DNA from: Candidatus Hydrogenedentota bacterium
GTDB lineage: Bacteria; Hydrogenedentota; Hydrogenedentia; Hydrogenedentales; SLHB01
Reading direction: 5' to 3'
Assembly (NCBI GenBank): GCA_963674865.2
Contig: CAXXYE010000009.1
Span: 1,536,001 to 1,600,000 of the forward strand
DNA: 64,000 nucleotides
Positions within the stretch are counted from its first letter, which is position 1. Each line of letters opens with the position of its first letter. The position numbers were made by a program, and so were the translations under genes. The notes beneath the pieces were generated by a model. It was not told the DNA's origin, did no database searches, and worked only from the letters and a program-made list of their open reading frames with translations. Below are positions 1-12,500 of this stretch, one piece after another.

Positions 1-2
1 CG

Positions 3-335
3 GGCCGGTACGTGCTGCTCCATCACAACAATGACGGTAGGCTCAATGGACGCGAGCCGGAAGAAACGAGCAAGAACCGCCGGCCGGCCTTTATCGCGCT
101 CGGCGAGTACCGTCCAAAGGCGGAGCAACCCATCTGGTTCAGTGACTCGAAGGAACTAATGGACAATGACGGCATCGGAATCGGCCCGCTCAATCGGCTC
201 GATACCGGCGTCTATCCGAGCGTCACCCACCGCGACGGCAACTTCGTGCTATGGCACCCGGATCGGAAGTTCTTTCTGCTTGGCAAGCGCATTGCGCCCG
301 AATGGCTTGCAGATCTTGAGGCGCCTAGGGAGTAA
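3..335 (+). CDS. C-terminal part of a sialidase/BNR-like beta-propeller protein (5' truncated by window edge)
   Basis: Open frame from the window start (GRYVLLHHNNDG...GVYPSVT...LWHPDRKFFLLG) resembles the last blades of exo-alpha-sialidase-like proteins. Confidence 0.5.
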   Translation, partial: GRYVLLHHNNDGRLNGREPEETSKNRRPAFIALGEYRPKAEQPIWFSDSKELMDNDGIGIGPLNRLDTGVYPSVTHRDGNFVLWHPDRKFFLLGKRIAPEWLADLEAPRE

Positions 336-357
336 CCTCGGCACTGCCCGCGCCGCG

Positions 358-1362
358 TTAGCCGTCTCTGTCCTCGAAGTACTCGAAGGCGTCGATGATG
401 TCGAGGTATACGCCGTCGAAGCCGGCGTCGAGGATACGGTTCAGGTAGGCGCTTTGGCTGCCGAAGATGACGGCCTGCCATGCCGGATCCCAATACTCCA
501 CCTTGAAGTTGCCCGGCCAGTCGGGATTCTCCTCGACCATCCAATCCGGTGGACTCGTCGTCCATGCCGGCTGCCAATAGTAGCGGTAGTCTTCCGCCTC
601 GCCGATGCTCATATAGCACACGACGAGCCGGCGCCGGCCATTCGGTTTGGTTTGAAGCTCCGCGACCTCCGCGGCCGTGAGCGAGGTGTTGTCGCTGAAG
701 AAAAGGTCGATGATGAAAACGTCGTATTCCGTGGCGTCCAGCGTGGCGAGGAATACGGACCTCGACGAGAATGACTCGGGATTAAGCAAGTAAAGGAAGT
801 TTGACGCGGCGCCGAGGGTGGTTACTCCGTCGCTATGGCTGTTGTACGGCTCTGCCGGATACTCGGGAATGCTCCTGAGTTCGCGGTCATCGGCGGCAAA
901 GGTGATGTAGCCGTGCGCGGCGCCTTGGGCATAGGAGTCGTCCACATTGGCGTGTGTTGAGCAGTAGTCCGTGACGAGTACGCTGAGCCCATTCGCGGCG
1001 GCCGCGTCCATGAAGCCGAGGAGGTAGTCGCGGTCCTGCGCCGGCGTGGCCTCGTCATCGTCGTCATAGCCGTAGAAGAGGTCTTCCCTGCCAACGCCGG
1101 CGATGGCGTCAACGTAATCTTGTGCGACGGCGCCCGTCGCCTCTCCGTTGAGGGCAAGGAGCTCGGGGCCGTTTTGAGGAATGACGAAGAAGTCGGAATC
1201 GACTGCCTTTGCATAGGCGCTTATGGCCTGGACAAAATCGCGCATGTATTGCCGGTACGGCCCCGACGGGCCATTGCTCTCGGGCCCGCCGTTGCAGCTT
1301 CCCGCCAACATGGCCCCCGCTGTTGTACACACGCCTATGATGAGGCCGTATCTGACGCGCAT
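358..1362 (-). CDS. Endo-alpha-1,4-polygalactosaminidase-like (GH114 / MJ1477-TM1410 family) lipoprotein
   Basis: ATG at 1362 after GGAGG; lipobox-like LAGSC; motifs IPQNG, YMSIGEAEDYRYYW, NPDWPGNF, GFDGVYLD. Confidence 0.8.
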   Translation of the reverse strand: MRVRYGLIIGVCTTAGAMLAGSCNGGPESNGPSGPYRQYMRDFVQAISAYAKAVDSDFFVIPQNGPELLALNGEATGAVAQDYVDAIAGVGREDLFYGYDDDDEATPAQDRDYLLGFMDAAAANGLSVLVTDYCSTHANVDDSYAQGAAHGYITFAADDRELRSIPEYPAEPYNSHSDGVTTLGAASNFLYLLNPESFSSRSVFLATLDATEYDVFIIDLFFSDNTSLTAAEVAELQTKPNGRRRLVVCYMSIGEAEDYRYYWQPAWTTSPPDWMVEENPDWPGNFKVEYWDPAWQAVIFGSQSAYLNRILDAGFDGVYLDIIDAFEYFEDRDG

Positions 1363-1426
1363 TGCCTGCCTCCCACCATCTACACCCGTTAGTGTACCAC
1401 GCGCAGGCGCCGGGCCAAGCCGGAGG

Positions 1427-2842
1427 TCAACTCGCCGTGGAGTTGATGAGTGTCTCGACGTGGCGGGCCAGCACGTCGCCGAAGAGGTCAACTTGGGAGA
1501 TGTTTCCCTGCGGATCGACGATGATCGAGGAGGGGACATCGCACACACGCAGAGCCTCTCTCAGCCGGCTCGAACGCCAAGGGCCATCGTAAATGATTGG
1601 ATGGCGAATCTGCTTCTTGGCGGCGTATTCACGGCATAGCGCCTCCGTCTTCCCCAAGCTGATGCCGAGGACGATCACTTCGCCAGGATACCTCTCGGCG
1701 AGTTCATCGAAATCGGGCAGGCTTCCGGCGCACATGAGACACCAGTGAGCGTAGAAGTGGATGACGACGACCTTTCCCCGCTGTGCGGCAAGGCTAAAGG
1801 GCTCGCTTGTCAATAGCTCTCCCTGAATGGGCGGCGCGGCTTGGCCAATTCCAAACGGCATGAAAGGCTCGAGATCCACAACGATGTCGCACACGTTTTC
1901 CACCGGCGTCTTCTCGGAAGATGGGGGAACCGTTATGGTATAGGCCGCCTCGAACGTGCGTGTCGCGCTGTTCAGAGCGAGGCGGCGGAAGCAGACGATC
2001 TCATGCTCGCCGGGCGGGACGTCGTAGAGCGCGTAGTGCCCTTCACGCGTTGTCACGTCTGACCACACCGTTGCCGGCCCTGAATCGGCCCCGCATGAGG
2101 TCGCGCAGCACCCTTGAGGCCCGGTGTCGTCGAGCCGCACCCATACGCCGTGTAGCGGCTTGCCGGCCGTGTCGGTGACCCTCCCCGTGAGGTAAGGGAG
2201 ATCCGTGCCGCCAAGCTTGGCCTTCGCCGATTCTCCTGGCGCGAGCGTCACCCTCTCTTGTTTCGTCACGACACTGCGGAAAGAGCAGCCCACCTGGGGG
2301 ACCTCGTCGATGGTTTGGATGAGGTATTGGCCGGGCAGAAGCCCGCGGAGCGTCGCCTTGCCTGCCGCATTTGTAGTGGCCGAGAGGCTGTAAGCGAAGT
2401 TGCACGCCCCGGCGAGCAATCCGGCGTGTACCACTTCGCCGCCAACAGGCTCCTTGCCTTTATATACCTCGACCTCAAGGCGGGAGGGCGCTGGGACGGT
2501 AATCTTTGTCAAGGAAGCGACTTGCGTGGTCGGAACGTAGACGCACTGATCCTCCATATCGCGCGCGAACAGGGCGAAGGCGCCCGGTTCGGCATCGGGG
2601 ATGGTGAATCGCCCGTCGTGCGCGGAGATGGCACGGGGCAGCCCTTCTGCTGCCATGATGCGGTTGCCGTTGACGCGGAATACCTGGCTATCCGGGATGG
2701 CATAGACGACGACTCCCGGCGCCGGCTTCCCATCTGCGTAGACGGCACGCCCATCAAGCCCCGCCGCGATGTCCGACAGGAGCAAGCACAATAGGCTTAC
2801 CGCAAGCCCCGCAAGCCGCACATGAACCGCGCCCAATGTCAT
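1427..2842 (-). CDS. Secreted protein with carboxypeptidase-regulatory-like repeats and C-terminal TlpA-like redoxin domain
   Basis: ATG at 2842 after AAAGGAGG; signal peptide; GRVTDTAGKPLHGV-type repeats; GKVVVIHFYAHWCLMC (CxxC) and VPSSIIVDPQG. Confidence 0.75.
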   Translation of the reverse strand: MTLGAVHVRLAGLAVSLLCLLLSDIAAGLDGRAVYADGKPAPGVVVYAIPDSQVFRVNGNRIMAAEGLPRAISAHDGRFTIPDAEPGAFALFARDMEDQCVYVPTTQVASLTKITVPAPSRLEVEVYKGKEPVGGEVVHAGLLAGACNFAYSLSATTNAAGKATLRGLLPGQYLIQTIDEVPQVGCSFRSVVTKQERVTLAPGESAKAKLGGTDLPYLTGRVTDTAGKPLHGVWVRLDDTGPQGCCATSCGADSGPATVWSDVTTREGHYALYDVPPGEHEIVCFRRLALNSATRTFEAAYTITVPPSSEKTPVENVCDIVVDLEPFMPFGIGQAAPPIQGELLTSEPFSLAAQRGKVVVIHFYAHWCLMCAGSLPDFDELAERYPGEVIVLGISLGKTEALCREYAAKKQIRHPIIYDGPWRSSRLREALRVCDVPSSIIVDPQGNISQVDLFGDVLARHVETLINSTAS

Positions 2843-2856
2843 ACGCCTTCCTCCTT

Positions 2857-4308
<1,452 letters not shown>

Positions 4309-4331
4309 GGTGCTACTCGCGCTCCTAAGGG

Positions 4332-5162
4332 TCAGTGGGTCATGGCGTACATCATGATATTCACGCCCATGGCCACGTGCTCTGCCCAGCCGTGCCTGAT
4401 CTTTCCCCTGTAGACTCCCGTCCTGATGTTGATCTCCGCCCACGCGTTCTGCATATCGGTTGCGTCAAGAAATGCAGCTACGCGGTCGCCGAGGACAAGC
4501 CCCGTCGGAGGATGGGAGGGGCCCGAGTGGATCGGCACGCCGATCTTCCTCAGGTCGTATACATTGTGCATGATCTCGTGATCTTCCGGGAGATAGCGGA
4601 CGGACCCCTCGCCGAAAATCGCATCAAGGTTTTCCCACATGCTGCGATAGAACGCCGCGCTATGATCGGGCGGGTCGGCGTCGTCCACGTGCAGGAATCC
4701 TCCGGCGGAGAGATAGGCCTTGAGATTCTCCTGCTCGATCGGCTTTAGCGTTGTCCGCCACTGGGCCACCATCAGCAGGTAGGGATACTTCCGCATGGCA
4801 GGAAGATCGTCCAACGTTACAACGCCGTTGAACTGGTATTCCTCTCCGGTTTTGGGCCTTTCATTTTCGCAATTCGGAGGGATCTTCACACGGCACCGAA
4901 CCGCCCGGGCGAGTTCCTGGAGAACGTTCTTGTCGCCGCCCGGATAGCGGTTCCAGCGATCATGGTTTGGGATGTCACAATGAAACTTCACGTGCGCCAG
5001 CAGGAAGTCGTAGTCGCCATCGTATGCGGCGTCGCCTTCCGACCTCAGGCCCGGCCAGGCCAACGCGTGCGGCGCGGCCAAAGCGGCTGCGCCTGCGCCG
5101 GCTCGAGCGAGGAAGCCCCTTCTTGTCATGTGGTTTGGCGACTTGGCCGGTTTCCGATTCAT
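4332..5162 (-). CDS. DUF4159-like protein with Tat signal (paralogue 1)
   Basis: TRRGFL motif; YPYLLM, GGFLHVDD, MGVNIMMYAMTH; start overlaps upstream stop (ATGA). Confidence 0.8.
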   Translation of the reverse strand: MNRKPAKSPNHMTRRGFLARAGAGAAALAAPHALAWPGLRSEGDAAYDGDYDFLLAHVKFHCDIPNHDRWNRYPGGDKNVLQELARAVRCRVKIPPNCENERPKTGEEYQFNGVVTLDDLPAMRKYPYLLMVAQWRTTLKPIEQENLKAYLSAGGFLHVDDADPPDHSAAFYRSMWENLDAIFGEGSVRYLPEDHEIMHNVYDLRKIGVPIHSGPSHPPTGLVLGDRVAAFLDATDMQNAWAEINIRTGVYRGKIRHGWAEHVAMGVNIMMYAMTH

Positions 5163-5394
5163 CGCAGTTGCCCCGCAAACATCCATTTGGACGCGCGAGC
5201 GCCGTCGTTTCCGGTTTCCTGGAACCGCCACGGCTGCTGGCTCGGTATACCGTCGCCGTCATCCTCGAGCACGGCGGACTCGCTCTTCAGGAGATCCTGT
5301 TCACGGTAAACGCGGTCAATCTCCTGGCACGCATACTGAAATGCCTCTAATAAGGATACCACACCATCCTGATTCCCGTCACTGGCCGGATCCG

Positions 5395-6625
5395 CTAAGT
5401 GATCCCCAGTTTTGCGATAGGTGCATGAATAAGGGCCAAACACGAGTTTCCGACCTGTATACTGGCGAAAGTCGACCAAAACCGTCGTCAGCAGGAGGAT
5501 TTTTCATGTTTGGCCCGAGCAAGATTATGAAGTGGTTCGACCGGAATCTGCAAGAGGTGCGACGGTCGCGACGCAAGACGCTGGCCCATATCGCGGCAGG
5601 AGCCATGAAGATGAAAGGGGTCGGCGTGTTGGCGTTGGGACGCGCCATGGATGGCCCGGCACTCGCAAAGCACCGTATTAAAAGGGTGGATCGCTTCTTA
5701 GGCAATGAGCAGGTGGAAGCCTTCGCCATTGCCAAGGCGTTGTTCAACATCCTGCGAGGCCAAGACCGACGGCCCTTGGTCCTGGTCGATTGGACGGATC
5801 GCGGTGCCTTCGAACAACTGGTTCTCTCCATTCCCCAAGACGGCCGCTCTATGCCGTTCCACGCCATCTCCATCGATTCGACCAAATTCGGGACGGAAAG
5901 TGAAGGGGCTCTCATCCAAGCTGAACGAGAGATTCTGCGAGACCTGCACGCCATGTGTCCGCCCGGCGTGACTCCGATTATCGTGGCCGACCGGGGCTTC
6001 GGAAACGAGCGCTGGATACGCGATGTCACAAACTGGGGATGGTGCTTTGTGCAGCGTCTGTCCAAGAATCATTGGGTCGAAACCGAGCACCACATCGGCA
6101 CCCTCCCCGAACTGGGGATACGGCGAGGCTATCGCCCCAAAGACTGGGGCTGGGGCACGATGGGAGAAAAGGACGCCGACAACAAGACGCCCTTTCGGCT
6201 GGTCACCGTCTTCGGTTGGGAGGCCGACGAGCCGTGGTATCTCATTACAAACATTGAAGATCGCGAGGCCCGGGCCATCACATCCATCTACGCGAAGCGC
6301 TGGTGGACTGAAATGATGTTTCGAGATCTGAAGAACCGCAAATGGGGGCTCGGCATGGACGAAGTGAAACTCACCTCCCGCCAGCGCACCGCTGTGCACT
6401 TCATCATCGTCATGCTTGCCTTCATTCTTCTGTGCGCCTTCGGCGCCTTCGCCGAAACCAAAGACTTCGGCGAACAACTCAAAGCAAACACCGCCGAGAA
6501 CAGAGCCCTCTCCCTCGCCGCCACAGGAAACCACTTCATCGAATTCATCGGACGAACCACCGTTGCTATGGCCATCGCTAGATTGGTCTACGCACCTACA
6601 TAGAACCAAACTGGGGAGTACTCAG
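5395..6625 (+). mobile_element. IS4-family insertion sequence (IS10-like ends), 1,231 bp
   Basis: Imperfect TIRs CTAAGTGATCCCCAGTTT / CTGAGTACTCCCCAGTTT (reverse complement); 9-bp direct repeat CCGGATCCG at 5386-5394 and 6626-6634. Confidence 0.92.
5506..6603 (+). CDS. IS4-family DDE transposase
   Basis: AGGAGG RBS; LVLVDWT, IIVADRGF, EPWYLITN, YAKRWWTEMMFRDLK (YREK motif). Confidence 0.92.
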   Translation: MFGPSKIMKWFDRNLQEVRRSRRKTLAHIAAGAMKMKGVGVLALGRAMDGPALAKHRIKRVDRFLGNEQVEAFAIAKALFNILRGQDRRPLVLVDWTDRGAFEQLVLSIPQDGRSMPFHAISIDSTKFGTESEGALIQAEREILRDLHAMCPPGVTPIIVADRGFGNERWIRDVTNWGWCFVQRLSKNHWVETEHHIGTLPELGIRRGYRPKDWGWGTMGEKDADNKTPFRLVTVFGWEADEPWYLITNIEDREARAITSIYAKRWWTEMMFRDLKNRKWGLGMDEVKLTSRQRTAVHFIIVMLAFILLCAFGAFAETKDFGEQLKANTAENRALSLAATGNHFIEFIGRTTVAMAIARLVYAPT

Positions 6626-7319
6626 CCGGATCCGTGAGGGCCGGCACAAAGAAGTCGCTGAAGCGGGTGGCGTACGGCTGATCGCTCCGCGCGGCGCAGA
6701 TGACGATTCTTGTCGGGGAGGTCAGTCTCTTGATGGCAAACCCGGCTTGCGGGCAGTCCAGGATGACAAGGCTCTCGCCGGCATCGATGCGATCCAGCCA
6801 TGCGCCCAGCTCCTCGTGAGTCACGTCAGGCCCTGGCAAGTTGATGCGCAACTCGCCTCCTGCAATGTTGGCCTGTCCTGTGTAGAAGAAGACAAACCGA
6901 TCCTCTGGGCCCACGCGTTTGGCGAGTTTGCTGAGTGCGCTGCCAAGGGCCTCGCGAGTGGCGTCGTCATCGGGAGTCGAGACAAAGGAGGCGCGATCTG
7001 CAAGTACACGCAAGTTGGATGCCGGTACGCCGACGGTGTCGGTGAAGAAGCGGCGCATCCGTATGACGGCCCGATCCTTGTTCTGCTTCTCTTCCGGATC
7101 TTTGTTTACGCCTCCCAGAAGCAACACGTGAATATGCTCAGGAGCAATTCCTTCAACGGCGGCAGGTTCGGGCGTGACGTCGGCGGGTGGCATGCCCCCC
7201 GCCTCCATATCCGGCAAGACGTCCGATGGTGCCTGCGCCGGCGCGCCCGAGGCCGTCAGGAGCGTCAGCAGCAGGCCTGCCAGCCATAGCGTCTGTTTCG
7301 TCATTGTAAGGGATTCTCC

Positions 7320-9527
7320 TCAGACAAGTCCGACGGTTCGCCGCGCGAACCAGAGGGTCGACAGCACAGCGCACAGTGTCAGAAACACCGGCCATCGCGG
7401 CCACGCGCTGTGCGTTTCCTGCACCCGGCGAACGGTGGACATACTCTCGAAAGCGTCCGCCACTTCGCCCAATTCCGAGACATGCCTGTACTCCCCGCCG
7501 GTTTCCGTTGCCAACTCCTTGAGAAACGCGGCGTCCAACGCCACGTTTGCCATCTCCGTGCGCGGCAAGGGAAGGGTGGCCGTAACGACGCGTTCACCGA
7601 GGAACCTACCGTTCCTTTCGGCGGACACCCGCGCCACAAGGGCCTCGGCGCGCACGCCGTGGATGTCAGCCGAGAAACGGCCATCGACCGTTGGATCCAT
7701 GCGCAGTGTCTCGCCCTTGGCTCCAACCGTGAGCAGGACGGAAGCGTCGGCTACTCGTCGGAATCCCTCATCGTAGACGAGCGCGTCGACCGTGACGGTG
7801 TTCGGGTCCTCCGCGTCGCGCGCCGCGAAGACTTCAATGGCCGACTCACTCTCAGGTACACGTCCGACATACGTCGTTAAGCCGGAGAGCAGGCGCTGGA
7901 GAAGGCCGCCGTTCACGTCGGCGTTGTACCACTCGTAGAGGCGTCTTACGTTGAGGAGCGCTACTTGCCCTCTCCCGACGCGATGCACGTAGAGGATGGG
8001 TGTATCCTTCACCTCTGCCAAGATCGAACTCGCCGGCTTGGGCGTGAGAGCGCTGTAGTAGGGCGAGGTGACCACCGGCAGGGCCTTGAGGTCATCCATG
8101 GACAAGACGCGGCTCGACGAACCCAAGAGCGTGAGCTCTGGCACCCCTCGCCACTGAGTATCCGGCTGCGCGCTCCGGCGCTCCTCAATAGCCGGGAGCA
8201 GGGCGCGTAGCTTAGGGCTCTTGACATGGGTCGGCGCGAACTGGGCTCGCCCGGGGAGGAGGACAAGGCCGCCGCCACGATCCGCCACAAAGCTGTAGAG
8301 GCCGTCCACCTGTTCAGGCGAGAGGCCGTCGAGTTCGCACGGTCCCAAAATGACGACGTCGTAGCCGTAGTATCCCGAGGGCGATGAGGGAAGGCTTGCG
8401 CTGCCCTGCAATCTGGTATTTGAGGCAATAAGTCTCGGCTTCACGACGGCGTCTAGTCCGAAGTCCAATCGGACCTTCTTGTCCCGCACGAGGGCCTGGC
8501 GAACCTTGCCGATATCCGTGCTGGCCACCTGCGAGTAGAACAAGACCTCGATGGTAGGATCCTCGACTACGTTCACAACGGTGGATAGGACGTTGTTGGC
8601 GCGATTCACTTCATCTGCGGAAGTCTTGACGCGGGCCGTGAGAACCTGTTCGCCCAGGACCACTGCGCTCAAGTCAAACGTGACCACCGCGCCCTCGCGT
8701 TCGAGGGCTTCCGCATCAAGTGTCTTGCGGGCAACGGACATGCCATTCCGCAGCAGCTCGACTTCCAGTGTGCCGCCTGTGATGCCCTGCCCGGCCACGA
8801 GTATATCCGCCGTGTACGTCGTGTCAATCTGGACTCGTGCCGGAGCCTGGATCGACCGGACGGCCACATCGCCCCGGAGGTCCGCGCTGCCCACGCCGAC
8901 GAGGAGTATGGGGAATTCCTCGCCGCTCAAGGCCGGATAGGCGCCCGGAAGCTTAAGATTGGCTTGCCCGTCCGTGAAGATGACCGCCCCCGCCATGCGG
9001 CTCTGCGATGAGTCCGCGTCATTGAGGGAGGCCACGGCCCGCTGCAAGAGGCCCTCCTTCTGCGGAATGTAGTCCTTCAGGAGGTCAAAAACTCTTTGTA
9101 GATTGGACTGCTCGCCCCAGCGCCTGAGTCCCGCGGGGGAGTCCGCCTCATACGCACGCGTGTCGAAGCCGTGGATGCGGAAAAGCGGACTCTCGGGATC
9201 TCCCGGGCGGAACCGTGTCTGAAACGCTTTGAGGGCTTCATCGAGCCGCGTCTCGCCGTTGCCATCGGGCACGGACATGCTCTCGCTCGTGTCGAATACC
9301 GCCATCACCGTATTTCGCTGAGTCGTTTCGGTGTAGCGCGAGTTCGATGGATTCCACAGTATGACAAGGATGGCCAGTATGACGGCGACGCGTACCGCCG
9401 CGAATATCCAGCGCCAGATCTTGGCCCTGCGGAGATTCCGCGTGCGGTAGGCGAAGGCGACCACGCCCGTCAGTGCCAGCAGCATCGCGGCGGTTGCGAG
9501 ATGTCCCGGGTAGTTTGCGAGAATCAT
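7320..9527 (-). CDS. Membrane protein with VWA and class I glutamine-amidotransferase-like domains (MoxR operon)
   Basis: N-terminal TMs; DTSESM MIDAS; FTDG; YDVVILG...FVADRGGGLV; C-terminal TM. Confidence 0.75.
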   Translation of the reverse strand: MILANYPGHLATAAMLLALTGVVAFAYRTRNLRRAKIWRWIFAAVRVAVILAILVILWNPSNSRYTETTQRNTVMAVFDTSESMSVPDGNGETRLDEALKAFQTRFRPGDPESPLFRIHGFDTRAYEADSPAGLRRWGEQSNLQRVFDLLKDYIPQKEGLLQRAVASLNDADSSQSRMAGAVIFTDGQANLKLPGAYPALSGEEFPILLVGVGSADLRGDVAVRSIQAPARVQIDTTYTADILVAGQGITGGTLEVELLRNGMSVARKTLDAEALEREGAVVTFDLSAVVLGEQVLTARVKTSADEVNRANNVLSTVVNVVEDPTIEVLFYSQVASTDIGKVRQALVRDKKVRLDFGLDAVVKPRLIASNTRLQGSASLPSSPSGYYGYDVVILGPCELDGLSPEQVDGLYSFVADRGGGLVLLPGRAQFAPTHVKSPKLRALLPAIEERRSAQPDTQWRGVPELTLLGSSSRVLSMDDLKALPVVTSPYYSALTPKPASSILAEVKDTPILYVHRVGRGQVALLNVRRLYEWYNADVNGGLLQRLLSGLTTYVGRVPESESAIEVFAARDAEDPNTVTVDALVYDEGFRRVADASVLLTVGAKGETLRMDPTVDGRFSADIHGVRAEALVARVSAERNGRFLGERVVTATLPLPRTEMANVALDAAFLKELATETGGEYRHVSELGEVADAFESMSTVRRVQETHSAWPRWPVFLTLCAVLSTLWFARRTVGLV

Positions 9528-9592
9528 CGGCCTTCGTCCAATCGGCCTGATTGCGTCTGTGTGAGATGGCTCAACACGTGCTTCCTATGCGT

Positions 9593-12500
9593 CTATTCGC
9601 CGAACTTGGCGGCTTCCTCGTAAAACTGCTTCTCAACGCGGTAGTACTCTGCATCCGAAGCTGGACGTTCACTGAGCGCACTACGCTGCTTTCTGGCTTG
9701 GATCGCCTTTGACCAGAACTCGTGCGCAATATGATGCGCCACTTCCCAAGGCTTCGTATCGCTAAGATTGCCCCCGCCGCCGTAGTCGGGCGCGGTGGGA
9801 TCGGCACGCCCGCTGAAGATGTCCTCGTAGGGATTACGTCCCGGCATCTCCTCGATGAACTTCGTGATCTCCTCAAACCGGGCCAGGAGCTCCTGGCGAG
9901 CCGCGGGGTCCACCGTGTTCTCCAACTCCTGGGCGAGCTGACTGAGTTCCTTCGCGAGCCGCTCATACTTCTCGGCCAGCTTTTCGTCCTCGCTCTGCGC
10001 CGTCTGCTCGATGACTTGCTCCACTGCCTCGGACAAGTGAATGCTCGCCTGCTCCAGGGCTCGCCGCGCCTCCGCAAGCGAGGCATCGGTTCCGCCTGAC
10101 TCATAGAAGGCCCTGGACATGGCCTGTTCAAACGCGGCCATCTCTTGAATGGCCTCCTTGACAAGCTCCTCAGCCTTTTGTAGTTCCTTGGCTTCCGCCT
10201 TGTCTTGCTTTCCGGCGGCTTGGCGCAAACGGGCCAGTTCCTGCCGCAGTTGCTCTGCCGTTTCCTTCAGTGACGCCTGTTTGGCTTGCAGCATAAAGAG
10301 CTGCTCTTCGCGGGTGGCCTCTCGCGCCCCTTCCTGCGTGGAAGGAGCACCGAAAACCCCCTGTCCCTGCCCCGCGGCGCCCACATCGCCGCTTCCCGAG
10401 GATTGCGCGTTCTGGCCTTCCGGCGGCGGCGGGAGCACTCCCTCTACCGATGCCGTCGACTCTTCCTGGCCTCCGCCGCCCTCCGAGCCTCCATTCTCAC
10501 GGTTGTCTTGAGACGCCTCCGTTTGCTCGTTGGAATCGATGCGGCTCTCTTCATCCGTGGTTTCCTGCGCCTGCTTATCCTTCCGCGCCTGCTCCAGAAA
10601 ACGGTCGAACTCGCGCTTGAGTTGCTCCTGCTCGGCTTCGAGTTCCTCGAGCTTGTTCGCGATTCGCTCCAGCTCCCACTGAATCTGCTCCTTCTCGAAG
10701 CGAACCAAGTGCACTTCTTCTTCGAGCGTGACTGCGTCCGGGCCCGGCGGCGGCGGCGTCCCGCTAGCCGACCCCATAGCCATGTGAAGCATAAGAATCA
10801 GCTTCCGGAGCGCTTGATAGGCATTCTTCTCGGGGGGCACTGCGGCGCGGGCGTCGTGCCGAGAAAGCGCCTGCGAAGCCTGGCCGTAGCTGTCGAGGAC
10901 CTCGTTAATCGCCGCGACCTGACTGCGGGTGAACCTGGCGCGTGGATCATCCCGGATGAGCGTGAGCTGTTCGGTAACGAAGTCCAGGTCCTGGTTGATG
11001 GACTCCAGCCTCTCCCTGTCCTCATCGCTAAGGTCAGGCTTGTTGGCAATCACCCAGGTTTTCTTCAAAATGGCGCGCGTGTATTCAAGAATTTTGGGAA
11101 GGACCGTGTGTACGAGAGCGGGATCAATCTCTAGGCCCTGTTTAGTCGAGTCATGCGGCAAGCCCGGGCTGGTCCGGTGCCATAGCCGGCGGTAGGGGCG
11201 GATCTCGATGAAATAAATGTCGCTGACGACTTCCCCGTGCTCGCCCTCAAGGCCCACGTCCACGTCTTCGGCCGTGGCGTAGTAGAGGATGCTATCGCCA
11301 ATGTCGAGGTCGAAGGTATCAAGCTCTAGCGTGTGCGCGACGGTAGAACTTCTGGTGCCTTGTACAAGCGATGCCGGGTAGGTCTTCGGCGCGTCGGCGC
11401 CCATCTCGATTACCAGTGCCGCCGCCTTCAGGCCGAAGTCATCAGATACCTCGAAGGCTATGGGGACGCTCGATACGTTTGTTGCCAGATAGTCGCCACC
11501 GGGAGACAGTACGTTGAATTCGGGCGGCGCGTCCTTCTTGAGAAGGACCTGCAAGCCCGGAATGTTATCATTCGTGACGCCCCCGGCGTTGGTGAGCCGG
11601 AAGTTCACGAATCCTTCTTTGGTGGCCACGAGGTCACATGAAAACGTCTTCTCGGCGTCGAGGCGGGACTCAATGGCCTGCCCGTCTACTCCCGTGACGT
11701 CCGCCCCGCTCAAGGACTCCGTCACATTGACCCGCAGAGTGATCGTCGAGTTCTTCAGGGCCGCGAGTGTCTGATCTTCGACCTGTTCTGTGTAGCGCTC
11801 TCCGGCCTCGGGGAAAGGCGGCGTGACGTCCGCGTAGATCGAGGCAATCTTGGCCAGATTCGCCACCGTAATGGCGTGCGTATCCGACTGCGATCCAGAG
11901 GTCTGGAAGTGATAGGCATAGCGTCCGACGGGCAGCGCTATGTGCGCCGCGAACTGCGGCTTCTCCTCGCTGTCGTAAGTCGGTGCTAACGTCATATTCT
12001 GGACGATGACCGTTTCATCCTCCGCTTCGCCTACGAGGAGCTTGCCCTCGCGCGGCAGATAGCCCTCGATGGACGCGGCCAACTCGAAAGACACGTTTGG
12101 CTCCGTCAGGATGTCCCCAGTCTTCACAGTAAGTTGTGTGGTGGGAATGGGCTCCACGGCTGCGAGCGGATTCATAAGGCGCGTCAGATAGCGCGAAAGG
12201 AATCGTACGTTGTGCTGCAGATAGAATGTCGCGAGCCCAAGTCCGAGAACGACGGCGAGGGCGCAAGCGATGGCTTGCCACTTCGGGATCGTTGACGCAA
12301 AATCCAAGCCTTCGCTCTTGCGGCTGATTTGGCGTACCAGGTGATCCGCGAGGGACCTCGAATACGGATATCCCTCTCCTCCTTCGTAATACTCCACCGC
12401 CGTGACAAGCTGCTGCTCGAGCGCCAACTGGCGCTCAATGTGATTGGCCGCGTTGCTGCAGGAAATATGGCCGACGAGGGATCTGAGCACGTAGAACAGC

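Larger units (their letters stand above)
5159..7304 (-). pseudogene. Secreted caspase/C13-peptidase-fold protein disrupted by IS insertion
   Basis: Joining 7304-6626 to 5385-5159 gives an in-frame 906-nt ORF (301 aa) reading ...VPALTDPA-SDGNQDGVVSLLEAF... Confidence 0.85.

Noticed and set aside
5128..5505. N-terminal extension of the transposase ORF (491 aa)
   Set aside because: Starts outside the IS left end (5395); the RBS supports ATG 5506
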